Shown here: piece by piece, positions 1 through 14,734 of the stretch
Position numbering within the stretch: position 1 is the stretch's first letter
How the letters are laid out: each line of letters starts with the position of its first letter
Assembly: GCA_030645615.1 (NCBI GenBank)
Contig: JAUSNB010000014.1
Span: 33,710-97,709, forward strand
DNA length: 64,000 bases
Direction: 5' to 3'
Source: Actinomycetota bacterium
GTDB taxonomy: Bacteria; Actinomycetota; Actinomycetes; S36-B12
Notes under the pieces: generated by a model
The model's input: only the letters and a program-made list of their open reading frames with translations
The model's database searches: none
Told to the model about the DNA's origin: nothing
Program-made: the position numbers and the translations under genes

Positions 1-633
1 GCTGAGGATGAAGACGATGCCGAAGGCGATGAACAGCCCGAGGACGATCCACAGATGCCTCGACTGAAGGCTCCCGGCCACCTGCCAGACCTCGGTGTTC
101 AGGAACAGGAAGGTGATGAACAGCAGCAGGAGAGGAAGCGCCCTGGTGGTGAGCCGGTACAGGTCGCTGACCCCGCGGAACGTGTAGCGGACGGCCCAGC
201 CCACCAGAGCAAGGATGGCGTACCGCGTGAGCGCCCAGGCGACGGCGAGGATGAACGCGGCGAGGAGGACCGTCTCGAGCGTCGGTAGCCAGGCACGCGT
301 CGTGGCGAACGCCACGACCCCCGGCACGAGGACGAAGCCGGCCAGGACCGGCCAGGTGACCCGGTCGGGCAGCGCCCGCCACGGCCTGCCGTGACGACGG
401 TTCCACGCGGCCGCCACCAGGCTGACCGCCATGACGAGGACGACTCCCGCGGCCGCCCCCGCGATGTCATCGAACGAAGCAGCCGACAGCAGCACCAGCA
501 CGACGAACGCAACCGCCAGCGACGGGCTCGCGCGCGTCCACACGGCCGTGGAGGATCGGTAGTCCTCGGCAAGGAAGGGCAGGCCGCGACGATAGAACCA
601 TCGCTCCGTCCGCCGCAGTCGCTCGTCAGCCAT
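1..633 (-). CDS. Integral membrane protein of unknown function (3' end runs off the window)
   Basis: Not in ORF track. Hand translation from ATG at 633 gives MADERLRRTERWFYRRGLPFLAEDY... with several hydrophobic helices (RALPLLLLFITFLFLNTEVWQ). The frame stays open to position 1, and the start overlaps the ribF stop (ATGGCTGA). Confidence 0.8.
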   Translation of the reverse strand, partial: MADERLRRTERWFYRRGLPFLAEDYRSSTAVWTRASPSLAVAFVVLVLLSAASFDDIAGAAAGVVLVMAVSLVAAAWNRRHGRPWRALPDRVTWPVLAGFVLVPGVVAFATTRAWLPTLETVLLAAFILAVAWALTRYAILALVGWAVRYTFRGVSDLYRLTTRALPLLLLFITFLFLNTEVWQVAGSLQSRHLWIVLGLFIAFGIVFILS

Positions 634-1555
634 GGTCACGGAGGATCGTGGACGCGGCGGAGACGTCGCTGCTCATCTGCTCGATGAGGGCGTCGACCCC
701 GGGGAAGGTCAGTTGCCCGCGGATGCGCTCGACGAACTCAATCGACGCCTCGTGCCCGTACAGGTCGAGATCGCCCCGGCCGATTGCGTACGCCTCGACC
801 CGGCGTTCGCTCCCTCCGAATTGCGGGTTCGTGCCGACCGAGATCGCAGCCGCCATTCGATCGTTGCCGTCGATGAGCCAGCCGGCGTAGACCCCGTCGG
901 CGGGGATGGTGGGGTCGCCCGGCCAGGCGAGGTTCGCCGTCGGGAAGCCGAGGTCCCGGCCACGATGGTCGCCGTGCACGACGATGCCGTCCAGCCGGTA
1001 GTCCCGGCCCAGGACGGCGGCCGCCGCGCGCAGGTCGCCCTCGACGACCAGTCGGCGGGCCAGCGTCGAGGACCAGCGTTCCTCGCCGTGGCCCGCCAGC
1101 GGAACTGGGATCGCCACGAAGCCCCAGCGCTCGCCTAGGTCGGCCAGGGTGGCGACGCTCCCACGTGCCTGGTGCCCGAACCTGAAGTCCTCGCCGACGA
1201 CGACAGCGCGCACGCCAAGGCGATCCACGAGGAGGAACCTGACGAAATCCGCCGCGTCGGTGGCCGCCATGGCGGCATCGAAGGGCAGCACGTCGACCTC
1301 GTCGGCACCGGCCTGCAGCAGCAAGGCGGACCTATGCGCGACGCTGGCGAGCGAGGTCGGCGCCCCCTGCTCCGAGACCACGGTCATCGGGTGCGGGTCG
1401 AACGTGACGGCGACAAGCGGCAGCCCCAACGAGTCTGCCTCCCGGCGGGCCCGGGCCATTAGCGCTCGGTGGCCCAGGTGGACTCCGTCGAAGACGCCGA
1501 TACACGCGACAGTTCCGCCGGTGGCTGCGGCCGAGGGCGCCGGGGTGATGGACAT
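626..1555 (-). CDS. ribF: Bifunctional riboflavin kinase/FAD synthetase
   Basis: IGVFDGVHLGH, GEDFRFG, GRDLGFPTAN, VGTNPQF motifs; directly downstream of truB. Confidence 0.97.
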   Translation of the reverse strand: MSITPAPSAAATGGTVACIGVFDGVHLGHRALMARARREADSLGLPLVAVTFDPHPMTVVSEQGAPTSLASVAHRSALLLQAGADEVDVLPFDAAMAATDAADFVRFLLVDRLGVRAVVVGEDFRFGHQARGSVATLADLGERWGFVAIPVPLAGHGEERWSSTLARRLVVEGDLRAAAAVLGRDYRLDGIVVHGDHRGRDLGFPTANLAWPGDPTIPADGVYAGWLIDGNDRMAAAISVGTNPQFGGSERRVEAYAIGRGDLDLYGHEASIEFVERIRGQLTFPGVDALIEQMSSDVSAASTILRDHG

Positions 1556-1567
1556 CGCCGGGCCAGC

Positions 1568-2494
1568 CTATTGGGCCTGCTGGTCACCCTGGCCGGCGAA
1601 GACGGCCAGGTAGCGGGCCATCCCGCCCTCGTCGACTGCGAGGGCCAGCAGGTGGCCTTCCGGCGAGACGACGGCCATGGGACCGGCCTCGTTCGGCGGA
1701 CCGGCCCAGGCGATCCGCTGGCCGTAGGCCACGGCTCGCGCGGCGAGCGCGTCAACCCGCCACGTCGGGAAGCACGCCGCGGCCACCTCGTCCAGCGGCA
1801 CCAGGTGCCCTGCGGGATCCGCCTGGACGTCCGCCAGGGGGAACGGGTCTGCGAAGGGACCGACGCGGGTGCGCCGCAGTGCCGTCAGGTGGCCGCCCAC
1901 GCCGAGCGCGGCACCGAGATCACGGGCCAGGGCGCGCACGAACGTGCCGGTCGAGCACTCGACGTCGACGTCGACGTCGATGCAGCCCCCGCCGTCGGAG
2001 TCCCCAGGTCCACGTCGAATGGCCAGGGCATCGAACCGTGCGATGCGGACGGGGCGCTCGGCCAGGACGACGTCCTCGCCCGCGCGGACCCGGTCGTACG
2101 ACCGGCGGCCAGCGACCTTGATGGCGCTCACCGCACTGGGCCGCTGCCGGATGTCACCGGTGAGCGCGGCGACTCCGGCCCTGATCCCGTCATCGGACAC
2201 TCCTACCAATGCTTCGCGGCTCGCCATGCCGAGGGGTTCGCCCTCGCGGTCGTCGGTGACCGTGGTGGCCCCCAGCCGGATCGTGGCCAGGTACCGCTTG
2301 TCGACGAGGGCGAGGTGCCCGAGCAGCCGGGTGGCCCGCTCGACCCCGACGACGAGCACGCCGGTCGCCATCGGGTCCAGCGTCCCGGCGTGTCCCACCT
2401 TGCGGGTGCCGGCCGCACGCCGGATCCTGGCCACGACGTCGTGCGAGGTCATGCCCTCCGGCTTGTCGACGACCAGCAGTCCCGCGTCGATCAC
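1568..2494 (-). CDS. truB: tRNA pseudouridine(55) synthase
   Basis: VDKPEGMTSHDVV, GHAGTLDPMATGVL, CSTGTFVRALARDLG; GTGA overlap with rbfA stop. Confidence 0.97.
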   Translation of the reverse strand: MIDAGLLVVDKPEGMTSHDVVARIRRAAGTRKVGHAGTLDPMATGVLVVGVERATRLLGHLALVDKRYLATIRLGATTVTDDREGEPLGMASREALVGVSDDGIRAGVAALTGDIRQRPSAVSAIKVAGRRSYDRVRAGEDVVLAERPVRIARFDALAIRRGPGDSDGGGCIDVDVDVECSTGTFVRALARDLGAALGVGGHLTALRRTRVGPFADPFPLADVQADPAGHLVPLDEVAAACFPTWRVDALAARAVAYGQRIAWAGPPNEAGPMAVVSPEGHLLALAVDEGGMARYLAVFAGQGDQQAQ

Positions 2495-2973
2495 GCGCTG
2501 GCGGCGTCCGGGCGGTCATGCTCGACGCCCTCGACACCGCCGCCGGGCTCATCGGCCTCGGCTCGTCGATACGGGTCCGGGTCCCCGGCGAAGCTAGCGC
2601 CCGCTGCCTGGGCGTGGACCTCGGCATCGGCCATGGCGGCCTGCTTCAGCAGGTCCTCCAACTGGCGCGCGGTCTCGGGGATCGCGTCGGGGATGAACTC
2701 CAGCGTCGGCGTGAACTTGATGCCGGTCTGCTTGCCCACCTCGCTGCGCAGCACGCCCTTGGCCGAGGCCAACGCGGCCGCGGTCGAGGCACGGGCCTCA
2801 TCGTCGCCGTACACCGTGTAGAACACCGATGCCTCGCGCAGGTCAGGGGTGACCCGCACGTCCGTGATCGTGATGAAGCCCAGTCGGGGATCCTTGATCC
2901 GGAACTCCAAGGCCCCGGCGACGATCACCTTGATCCGGTCGGCCATCTTGCGCTGCCGCGCCTCGCTGCTCAT
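2491..2973 (-). CDS. rbfA: 30S ribosome-binding factor A
   Basis: IKDPRLGFITITDVRVTPDL...FTPTLEF; SD AGGAGGAG upstream; follows infB. Confidence 0.97.
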   Translation of the reverse strand: MSSEARQRKMADRIKVIVAGALEFRIKDPRLGFITITDVRVTPDLREASVFYTVYGDDEARASTAAALASAKGVLRSEVGKQTGIKFTPTLEFIPDAIPETARQLEDLLKQAAMADAEVHAQAAGASFAGDPDPYRRAEADEPGGGVEGVEHDRPDAASA

Positions 2974-2997
2974 CCGTGCTCCTCCTGGGCCGCACTC

Positions 2998-3024
2998 CCG
3001 TTCGTGACTCCGTTCGTGACTCCG
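2998..3024. repeat. 12-bp tandem repeat (CCGTTCGTGACT x2.25) between infB and rbfA
   Basis: Exact copies at 2998-3009 and 3010-3021 plus CCG. Confidence 0.8.
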
Positions 3025-3025
3025 G

Positions 3026-5740
<2,715 letters not shown>

Positions 5741-5779
5741 GTCTCTCCTGTCTTGGCCCGGGCGGGGTGCACGGGACCG

Positions 5780-5828
5780 TCAGTGCGAACGTTGCATCTT
5801 CATGCTCGTGCGCTCATGGGGTGTTCAT
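5780..5828 (-). promoter_or_regulatory. Chain of three ATGA-overlapping mini-ORFs in the infB leader (MNTP*, MSARA*, MKMQRSH*)
   Basis: Minus strand ATG AAC ACC CCA TGA (5828-5814), ATG AGC GCA CGA GCA TGA (5817-5800), ATG AAG ATG CAA CGT TCG CAC TGA (5803-5780); GGGAGTGA SD-like sequence upstream of the first. Translation and regulatory role are inferred. Confidence 0.6.
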
Positions 5829-5865
5829 CCTCGAATCACTCCCGATCCGCTGGACCTGAGCTTGG

Positions 5866-6186
5866 TCAGGCCTTGCCGGCCCCGGACGGTTGCCCGGGGG
5901 TCGTGCCCTGCTCCAGCTCGACGCGCACGGCGACCAGGTCCAATGGACCCGGGGCGCGTAGTGCGCGAGCCAAGGACCGTCGGCGCTCGGCGCGCTCCAG
6001 GCACTGCAGGTCCGGATGCAGGTACGCACCACGGCCCGGCAGCCGCCGGCCAGGATCTGGGACACAGGCCCCGGACACCGCGACGACCCTCAACAGGTCT
6101 GTCTGTGCAGACCGCCCCCGGCATCCCACGCAGGTGCGCACGGGACCGGGCGGACTGCCCGCCAAGGAGTGTACCTCGCCGGACAC
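5866..6186 (-). CDS. ylxR: YlxR/RnpM (DUF448) family RNA-binding protein
   Basis: PVRTCVGCR and LPGRGAYLHP motifs, between nusA and infB; start set to GTG at 6186 (uncertain). Confidence 0.9.
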   Translation of the reverse strand: MSGEVHSLAGSPPGPVRTCVGCRGRSAQTDLLRVVAVSGACVPDPGRRLPGRGAYLHPDLQCLERAERRRSLARALRAPGPLDLVAVRVELEQGTTPGQPSGAGKA

Positions 6187-6191
6187 CCGGC

Positions 6192-7193
6192 TCAGTCCGT
6201 GGCCGGGCCGGGGGCTACCGGGCCGGCGACTGCCGTGTCGGCCCGGATGTCGATGCGCCACCCCGTGAGGCGGGCCGCCAGCCGGGCGTTCTGGCCCTCG
6301 CGGCCGATGGCCAGGGACAACTGGTAATCCGGGACGATGACCCGGGCGGCACGAGCGACCGGATCCACGATCAGCACGCCGGACACCCGCGCAGGCGACA
6401 GCGCGTGCGCGATCATCTCCGCCGGGTCATCGGCATGGTCGACGATGTCGATCTTCTCGCCGTTCAGCTCGGCCATGACCTGGCGCACGCGCTGGCCCAG
6501 CGGTCCGATGCAGGCGCCCTTGGCGTTGACTCCCGGGACCGTGGAGCGGACGGCGATCTTCGTGCGGTGCCCCGCCTCCCGGGCGATGGCGGTGATCTGG
6601 ACGGAGCCGTCGGCGATCTCCGGCACCTCAAGGGCGAACAGGGCCTTGACGAGGTTCGGATGGGTCCGCGACACGGTCACCTGCGGTCCCTTGAAGCCCT
6701 TGCGGACATTGGTGACCAGGCACTTGATCCGGGTGCCGTGCGGGTAGGGCTCCCCGGGCGCCTGCTCCTCGGGCGGCAGGTTGGCCTCCACCTTGCCGAT
6801 GTCGACCCGCACCATGCGCGGGTTGCTGGACTGCTGGACGACCCCGGAGACGAGGTCGCCCTCGCGGCCGGAGAACTCCAGCATGGTGGCATCGCCCTCG
6901 GCGTCCCGGAGCCGGGCCAGGAGGACCTGCCGGGCGGTCGTCGCCGCTATCCGGCCGAAGCCATCCGGGGTGTCGTCGAACTCACGGAGAATCACGCCGT
7001 CCTCGTCGGTCTCGGCCGCCCAGACCGTCACGTGGCCGGTCTTGCGGTCGAGGGTCACCCGGGCCTTCGCGGCCGCCCCCTCGGTGCGGTGGTAGGCGAC
7101 AAGGAGCGCCTGCTCGATCGTCTCGACCACGAGGTCCAGCGAGAGGTCCTTCTCGCGCACAAGCGCCTTCAGCGCACTGACGTCGATGTCCAT
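6192..7193 (-). CDS. nusA: Transcription termination/antitermination factor NusA
   Basis: [50 protein letters not shown]. Confidence 0.98.
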   Translation of the reverse strand: MDIDVSALKALVREKDLSLDLVVETIEQALLVAYHRTEGAAAKARVTLDRKTGHVTVWAAETDEDGVILREFDDTPDGFGRIAATTARQVLLARLRDAEGDATMLEFSGREGDLVSGVVQQSSNPRMVRVDIGKVEANLPPEEQAPGEPYPHGTRIKCLVTNVRKGFKGPQVTVSRTHPNLVKALFALEVPEIADGSVQITAIAREAGHRTKIAVRSTVPGVNAKGACIGPLGQRVRQVMAELNGEKIDIVDHADDPAEMIAHALSPARVSGVLIVDPVARAARVIVPDYQLSLAIGREGQNARLAARLTGWRIDIRADTAVAGPVAPGPATD

Positions 7194-7198
7194 GGTCG

Positions 7199-7711
7199 CT
7201 ACTCCTCATCCTGCTGGGCCTCGTCCTGCCGGGCCTCGTCCGCGGCGGGAACCCGGTTGAACTCCACCTGGACGAGCGCGCTGTCCACGGTGGCGATATC
7301 AAGCAGGACGTCGCCCGTCGCCGTGGCGAGCGTCACCTGCTGCTCGCTCGGCATGCCGGCGATCCGTCCGTCGACAACCGTGCCGTCGCTGCGGGCCACG
7401 TGCACGAGGCGCCCCTTGGCCCGGCGCCAATGGCGCGGCTCGGTGAGAGGGCGGTCGACCCCGGGTGAGGTCACCTCGAGCACGAAGGGCCCCGGCAACT
7501 CGTCGGACAGCGGCGGCTCGTCGAGGAGTGCGGAGGCCTGCTGGCTCACGGCGGCGACGAGGTCGAGGTCGACTCCCCCGTCCTTGTCGATGACCACCCG
7601 CACGACGTGGCGGCGACCCACCTTGGCCACCTCGACGGCCTCGACGTCGACGCCCATGCTCGCCAGCGGGCCGGACAGCCCGGACTTGACCACGTCTGCG
7701 GATGCGGTCAT
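7199..7711 (-). CDS. rimP: Ribosome maturation factor RimP
   Basis: [24 protein letters not shown]; ATG at 7711 with GGAGG; the ORF-track N-terminal extension is spurious. Confidence 0.95.
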   Translation of the reverse strand: MTASADVVKSGLSGPLASMGVDVEAVEVAKVGRRHVVRVVIDKDGGVDLDLVAAVSQQASALLDEPPLSDELPGPFVLEVTSPGVDRPLTEPRHWRRAKGRLVHVARSDGTVVDGRIAGMPSEQQVTLATATGDVLLDIATVDSALVQVEFNRVPAADEARQDEAQQDEE

Positions 7712-7798
7712 GGCGCCTCCCGGGGATCCTGTTGTGGTCGAGCAGTTGTCGGTCTTGGTGGTACCGGAACTGTACCCACCGCATGCCATCCTTGGCAC

Positions 7799-8281
7799 AT
7801 GCCAGCGCCAGCACGGCCCGTCCGCCTGACCAGGCGCCAGGCCCTGGCCGGGGTTGCCACGCTCGGGCCGGTCGCCTTGCTCGCCGCCTGCAGCAGCGGC
7901 GACACGCCGGACGAGCCGGTGCCGTCGTCGCCGGAGCAGACCGTTGCCTCGGCGCAGGCCGCCGCCGAGCAACGGCTGATCGACGGGTACGAGGCCACGA
8001 TCGCCGCCCATCCCGGCCTCGCCGCCACTCTCACCCCCCTCCGCGACCAGCACATGGCCCATGCTGACGCACTCGGTGGCAGCCCGGGCGCCGGGACGGC
8101 CACCGTCGCGCCATCGCAGGGCGCGGCCATCGCCGCCCTCGTGACGGCCGAGCGCCAGGCCGCGCGCGACCGCATCGGCGCCTGCGTCGAGGCCAGGGAG
8201 CCCGGACTGGCCCGGCTGCTCGCGTTCATCGCCGCGTCGGAGGCCTCCCATGTCCCCGCCCTGCGGAGCCTGGGGGCATGA
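7799..8281 (+). CDS. Tat-type lipoprotein with ferritin-like helical domain
   Basis: LTRRQALAG twin-arginine motif, lipobox LLAAC, AAE..L...Y / H..H / ASEASH helices; CATCCT-N6-ATG leaderless start. Confidence 0.8.
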   Translation: MPAPARPVRLTRRQALAGVATLGPVALLAACSSGDTPDEPVPSSPEQTVASAQAAAEQRLIDGYEATIAAHPGLAATLTPLRDQHMAHADALGGSPGAGTATVAPSQGAAIAALVTAERQAARDRIGACVEAREPGLARLLAFIAASEASHVPALRSLGA

Positions 8282-8682
8282 CCGCCCAGGAGGCGTGGCC
8301 AGCGGTCGTCGCCGGGGAGGACGCGGCGGTGTTCGCGTACTCAGTGGCGGGCGCGCGGGTGGCGACGTCGGAACTCCGCGCCGCGCGGGCAGGACTGGAC
8401 GCCCACCGGGCCAACCGCGACCGGGCCGCGAGCCTGGCAACGCAGGCCGGGGGAACACTGCCGACGCCGGCGGCCGCGTATGAACTCCCGTTCCCCGTGC
8501 GGACGCCCGGGCGGGCTCGCGAATTGCTCGCGCTGGTCGACAACCGACTGGTCGCGCTGTATGCCGAGGCAGCAGAGGCAGCCGCGGGCCCGGACCGCCG
8601 GTGGGCAGCCAGGCGCGCGGCGGAGTGCGCCACCCGAGCGGTCAGCTGGGGCGCGGCTCCGCAGGCCTTCCCGACCGGCTGA
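8278..8682 (+). CDS. DUF4439 ferritin-like domain protein
   Basis: AGEDAAVFAY, HRANRD, AAAYELPFPV, C-terminal WGA...AFP; ATGA overlap with upstream lipoprotein. Confidence 0.85.
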   Translation: MTAQEAWPAVVAGEDAAVFAYSVAGARVATSELRAARAGLDAHRANRDRAASLATQAGGTLPTPAAAYELPFPVRTPGRARELLALVDNRLVALYAEAAEAAAGPDRRWAARRAAECATRAVSWGAAPQAFPTG

Positions 8683-9459
8683 TCACGGCAGCAGGTCCCA
8701 CGCCAGCCGCACGATCAGCAGGCCGACGACGGCGAGGAACACGGCCCGCACGAAGCCACTCCCCCGCGTGATCGCCATGCGGGCTCCGATCACCGCGCCC
8801 GCGACGTTGCACACACCCATGAGCAGGCCGAGCAGCCACAGCACCGATCCGGTGATGCCGAACACGAGAAGTGCGGCGAGGTTGGTGCCGAGGTTGACCA
8901 CCTTGGCGGTGGACGACGCATTCAAGAACGAGTACCCGAGCCCGGCAACGAGGACGATGAGCAGGAACGAACCGGTGCCGGGACCGAGGATCCCGTCGTA
9001 GAACCCGATCCCCAGAGCTGCCACGGTGGCGACGGCGTAGTGGCGACGGCCGGTCCACCTCAGCGCCTGCTCCTGACCGAGCTGGGGACGCAGCAGCGTC
9101 CACGTCCAGACGACCACGAGCAGGACAACGATGACGGGCCGGAATGCAGCTGCGGGCACGCGACTGGCGACGAGGGCGCCGGCAGCCGCTCCGGCACATG
9201 CGGCCAGGGCCATGGGAAGCGCGGTGCGGACGTCTGGCGGGGCGCGACGCACGTATGTCGCCGTCGCGGCCGACGTGCCCATCAGGGAGGACAGCTTGTT
9301 GGTGCCAAGTGCCTGCACCGGTTCCGATCCGGGGAGCGCGATCAGCAGCGCCGGCAACTGCAGCAGGCCCCCGCCCCCGGAGATGGCATCGACCCATCCG
9401 GCCACCCCAGCGGCCAGGCAGAGCAGGAGCAGGGTGGTTGGGTCGAGCAGGGTCTCCAC
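8683..9459 (-). CDS. TSUP family (TauE/SafE) membrane transporter
   Basis: AGWVDAISGGGGLLQLP, LGTNK, GFYDGILGPGTGSF; GTG start overlaps HAD stop (TAGTG). Confidence 0.93.
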   Translation of the reverse strand: METLLDPTTLLLLCLAAGVAGWVDAISGGGGLLQLPALLIALPGSEPVQALGTNKLSSLMGTSAATATYVRRAPPDVRTALPMALAACAGAAAGALVASRVPAAAFRPVIVVLLVVVWTWTLLRPQLGQEQALRWTGRRHYAVATVAALGIGFYDGILGPGTGSFLLIVLVAGLGYSFLNASSTAKVVNLGTNLAALLVFGITGSVLWLLGLLMGVCNVAGAVIGARMAITRGSGFVRAVFLAVVGLLIVRLAWDLLP

Positions 9460-10175
9460 TAGGGAAGCTGGTCCCAGCGCTCGACTATCCCGAGGATCTC
9501 CTGCAATCGCTGCGCGGTCGCGTCCGGCCTGGCCTCGGGAACCTCCCGGCCGGGGATGGTCGAGTGCGGGATCCAGATCGTGCGCATGCCGGCCTCGCGA
9601 GCGCCCTGGATGTCGTCCCACAGCCGGTCCCCCACGAAGACGGCCTCCTCGGGCCGCACGGCGAGCGCCTGCAGGACGACGCCGAAGGCCGACGCGTGCG
9701 GCTTGGCGACCGATAGCTCGCTGGAGTAGACGGCAACGTCGATGAAGGCATCGAGATCGTCGCGCGCGAAGACCTCCTGGTGATACGAGCGCGGCCACAT
9801 CGTGTTGCTCAGCACCCCGACGAGGCAGCCCCGGTCCTTCAACCCGCGGAGCAGGTCGAGCGCTTCGGGGTCCGCGTAGGTGTGCGGCAGCCAGAAGTCC
9901 AGGTAGTGGCCGAGAGCGCGGAGGTGGCGTGCATCGTTGATGTCGATTCCCTCGGCGAAGAACAGCGAATCCAGGGCGCCCGTGCTCACCGCTCCGGCCG
10001 AGGCTCGCTGCTGCTGCCAGAGCTGCTCCTCGCGGTCGCGGAGCCGGCGGGCGAGCGACGCTGCCTCGGCCGGGTCGTACACCTGGGCATAGGCGTACCA
10101 CTGCGCAGTCAGGTCGACGTCGTGCCACGGCGTGAGGGTGCCGCCCCAGTCGAAGACCACCGCCCGAACGGCCAC
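9459..10175 (-). CDS. HAD-superfamily hydrolase
   Basis: FDWGGTL motif I, LSNT, KPH, FVGDRLWDDIQGA. Confidence 0.93.
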   Translation of the reverse strand: MAVRAVVFDWGGTLTPWHDVDLTAQWYAYAQVYDPAEAASLARRLRDREEQLWQQQRASAGAVSTGALDSLFFAEGIDINDARHLRALGHYLDFWLPHTYADPEALDLLRGLKDRGCLVGVLSNTMWPRSYHQEVFARDDLDAFIDVAVYSSELSVAKPHASAFGVVLQALAVRPEEAVFVGDRLWDDIQGAREAGMRTIWIPHSTIPGREVPEARPDATAQRLQEILGIVERWDQLP

Positions 10176-10176
10176 G

Positions 10177-11946
10177 TCAGCCCCCGGCCTTCACCAGGCG
10201 CGCCAGCGTCCCGACCGCCTCGGCCAAGGGGATGTCGGTGCGTTCCCCCGTGCGCCGGTCCTTGACCTCGACGACCCCGTCGACCAAGCGCTTGCCCACG
10301 ACCACGATCGTCGGCACCCCGAGCAGCTCGGAGTCGTTGAACTTCACGCCCGGTGACACCCCGCGACGGTCGTCCAGCAGTACGCGGACGCCCTGCTCGG
10401 CCAATTCCGACGCCAGGCGGTCGGCCTCCTCGAAGGGCTCGTCCGCCTTCCCGGTGGCGATGACGTGGACGTCGGCCGGGGAGACCTCCCGCGGCCAGAT
10501 CAGGCCCTTGTCATCGTGGGACTGCTCGGCGATCGCCGCGACGGCGCGCGAGACACCGATCCCGTAGGAGCCCATCGTCACGGTCACGAGCTCGCCGTGC
10601 TCGTCCAGGACGCGCAGGTCCAGTGCCTCGGCGAACTTGCGGCCCAACTGGAAGATGTGGCCTATCTCGATGCCCCGGGCCATCTCGAGCGGTCCGCCGC
10701 ACCGGGGGCACAGGTCACCCGCCACGATCTCCGCCGCCTCGATGGTCCCGTCCGCCGAGAAGTCCCGGCCCATGACGAGGTCGAACACGTGCCGGCCCGG
10801 GGCGTTCGCTCCCGTGATCCAGGCGGTGCCCGGGACCACCCGTGGATCCACGAGGTAGCGGATGCCCGAGCCCGAGGACTCCCCGAGGGCCTGCGGCCCG
10901 ATGTACCCCTTCACCAGGACGGGGTACGAGCGCAACTCGTCCTCGTCCATCGCCACGGGCTCGTCCGGATGGAGCACCGCCGCAAGCCGCTTCATGTCCA
11001 CCTCGCGGTCGCCCGGCAGGCCCACGACGAGCGGGTAGCGGGTCGCGTCGGGGCGCGTCACGGCAAGGACGACGTTCTTCAAGGTGTCACCTGCGTCCCA
11101 CGGAAGCCCCGGGCGCGCATGGTGCGCGTTCGCGTGGTCGACCAGCGAGGAGATCGTCGGCGTGTCCGGGGTGTCCTCCACGTGGGCAGCGGGCAGGCCG
11201 TCATACCCGATCGTCGGTGGTGCAGGGGTCACGACCGCCTCGACATTGGCGGCGTAGTCCCCCGTGGCGCACCGCACGTACGTGTCCTCGCCGTTGTCGG
11301 TCATGGCGAGGAACTCCTCCGACGCCGAGCCGCCCATCGCGCCGGACATGGCCGAGACGATCACGTAGCCCAGTCCGAGTCGGTCGAATGTCGCGACGTA
11401 GGCATCGCGATGCCGCTGGTAGGAGCGCTCGAGGCCAGCATCGTCGATATCGAAGGAGTACGAGTCCTTCATGACGAACTCCCGGCCCCGCAGGATGCCG
11501 GCGCGCGGCCGCGCCTCGTCGCGGTACTTGGTCTGGATCTGGTAGATCACCAACGGCAGGTCCTTGTACGAGGAGTACTCCCCCTTGACCATGAGGGTGA
11601 ACATCTCCTCGTGGGTCGGGCCTAGGAGGTAGTCGTTCCCCTTGCGGTCCTTGAGCCTGAAGATGCCGTCGCCGTAGTCGGTCCATCGCTGGCTCGCCTC
11701 GTACGGCTCGCGGGGCAGGAGCGCGGGAAAGTGCACTTCCTGGAAGCCGGCCCGGTCCATCTCCTCGCGGATGATCCGCTCGACGTTCCGGTACACGAGG
11801 TAGCCGAGGGGCAGCCATGAGAACACGCCAGGGGCGACGCGCCGGACATACCCGCCCCGCACGAGCAGCCGATGGCTCGGCACCTCGGCATCGGCCGGAT
11901 CGTCCCTGAGGGTCCGCAGGAACAGCGTCGACATGCGCAGGATCAC
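10177..11946 (-). CDS. proS: Proline--tRNA ligase (with editing insertion domain)
   Basis: [43 protein letters not shown]. Confidence 0.98.
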   Translation of the reverse strand: MILRMSTLFLRTLRDDPADAEVPSHRLLVRGGYVRRVAPGVFSWLPLGYLVYRNVERIIREEMDRAGFQEVHFPALLPREPYEASQRWTDYGDGIFRLKDRKGNDYLLGPTHEEMFTLMVKGEYSSYKDLPLVIYQIQTKYRDEARPRAGILRGREFVMKDSYSFDIDDAGLERSYQRHRDAYVATFDRLGLGYVIVSAMSGAMGGSASEEFLAMTDNGEDTYVRCATGDYAANVEAVVTPAPPTIGYDGLPAAHVEDTPDTPTISSLVDHANAHHARPGLPWDAGDTLKNVVLAVTRPDATRYPLVVGLPGDREVDMKRLAAVLHPDEPVAMDEDELRSYPVLVKGYIGPQALGESSGSGIRYLVDPRVVPGTAWITGANAPGRHVFDLVMGRDFSADGTIEAAEIVAGDLCPRCGGPLEMARGIEIGHIFQLGRKFAEALDLRVLDEHGELVTVTMGSYGIGVSRAVAAIAEQSHDDKGLIWPREVSPADVHVIATGKADEPFEEADRLASELAEQGVRVLLDDRRGVSPGVKFNDSELLGVPTIVVVGKRLVDGVVEVKDRRTGERTDIPLAEAVGTLARLVKAGG

Positions 11947-11952
11947 GGCGAC

Positions 11953-11958
11953 AGCCTA
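11953..11958 (-). promoter_or_regulatory. -10 element of leaderless proS promoter
   Basis: TAGGCT 6 nt before GTG at 11946; no SD. Confidence 0.65.
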
Positions 11959-11992
11959 TTGGCCGCCCCGGTCGCCATCCCCCCGCCTCAAT

Positions 11993-12041
11993 CTTGAGGT
12001 TGGCGTGGCAATCGACCCCGAGAACCCACGCCAACCTCAAG
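11993..12041. repeat. Perfect 16-bp inverted repeat with 17-nt loop (terminator or REP-like hairpin)
   Basis: CTTGAGGTTGGCGTGG (11993-12008) / CCACGCCAACCTCAAG (12026-12041), just after the glycoside hydrolase stop. Confidence 0.85.
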
Positions 12042-12047
12042 GTCGGG

Positions 12048-14708
<2,661 letters not shown>

Positions 14709-14734
14709 CTGCCGAGACTAGGACAACGGCGGCG

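Noticed and set aside
7712-8458. N-terminal extensions in the ORF track (rimP; also TSUP, dxr, saccharopine DH, mmsA, rpsB, M23, ALDHs)
   Set aside because: They overlap neighbouring genes; downstream starts have SD or leaderless -10 support and match family N-termini.
11947-12047. T-box riboswitch upstream of proS
   Set aside because: Spacer too short, no T-box consensus, and proS appears leaderless.
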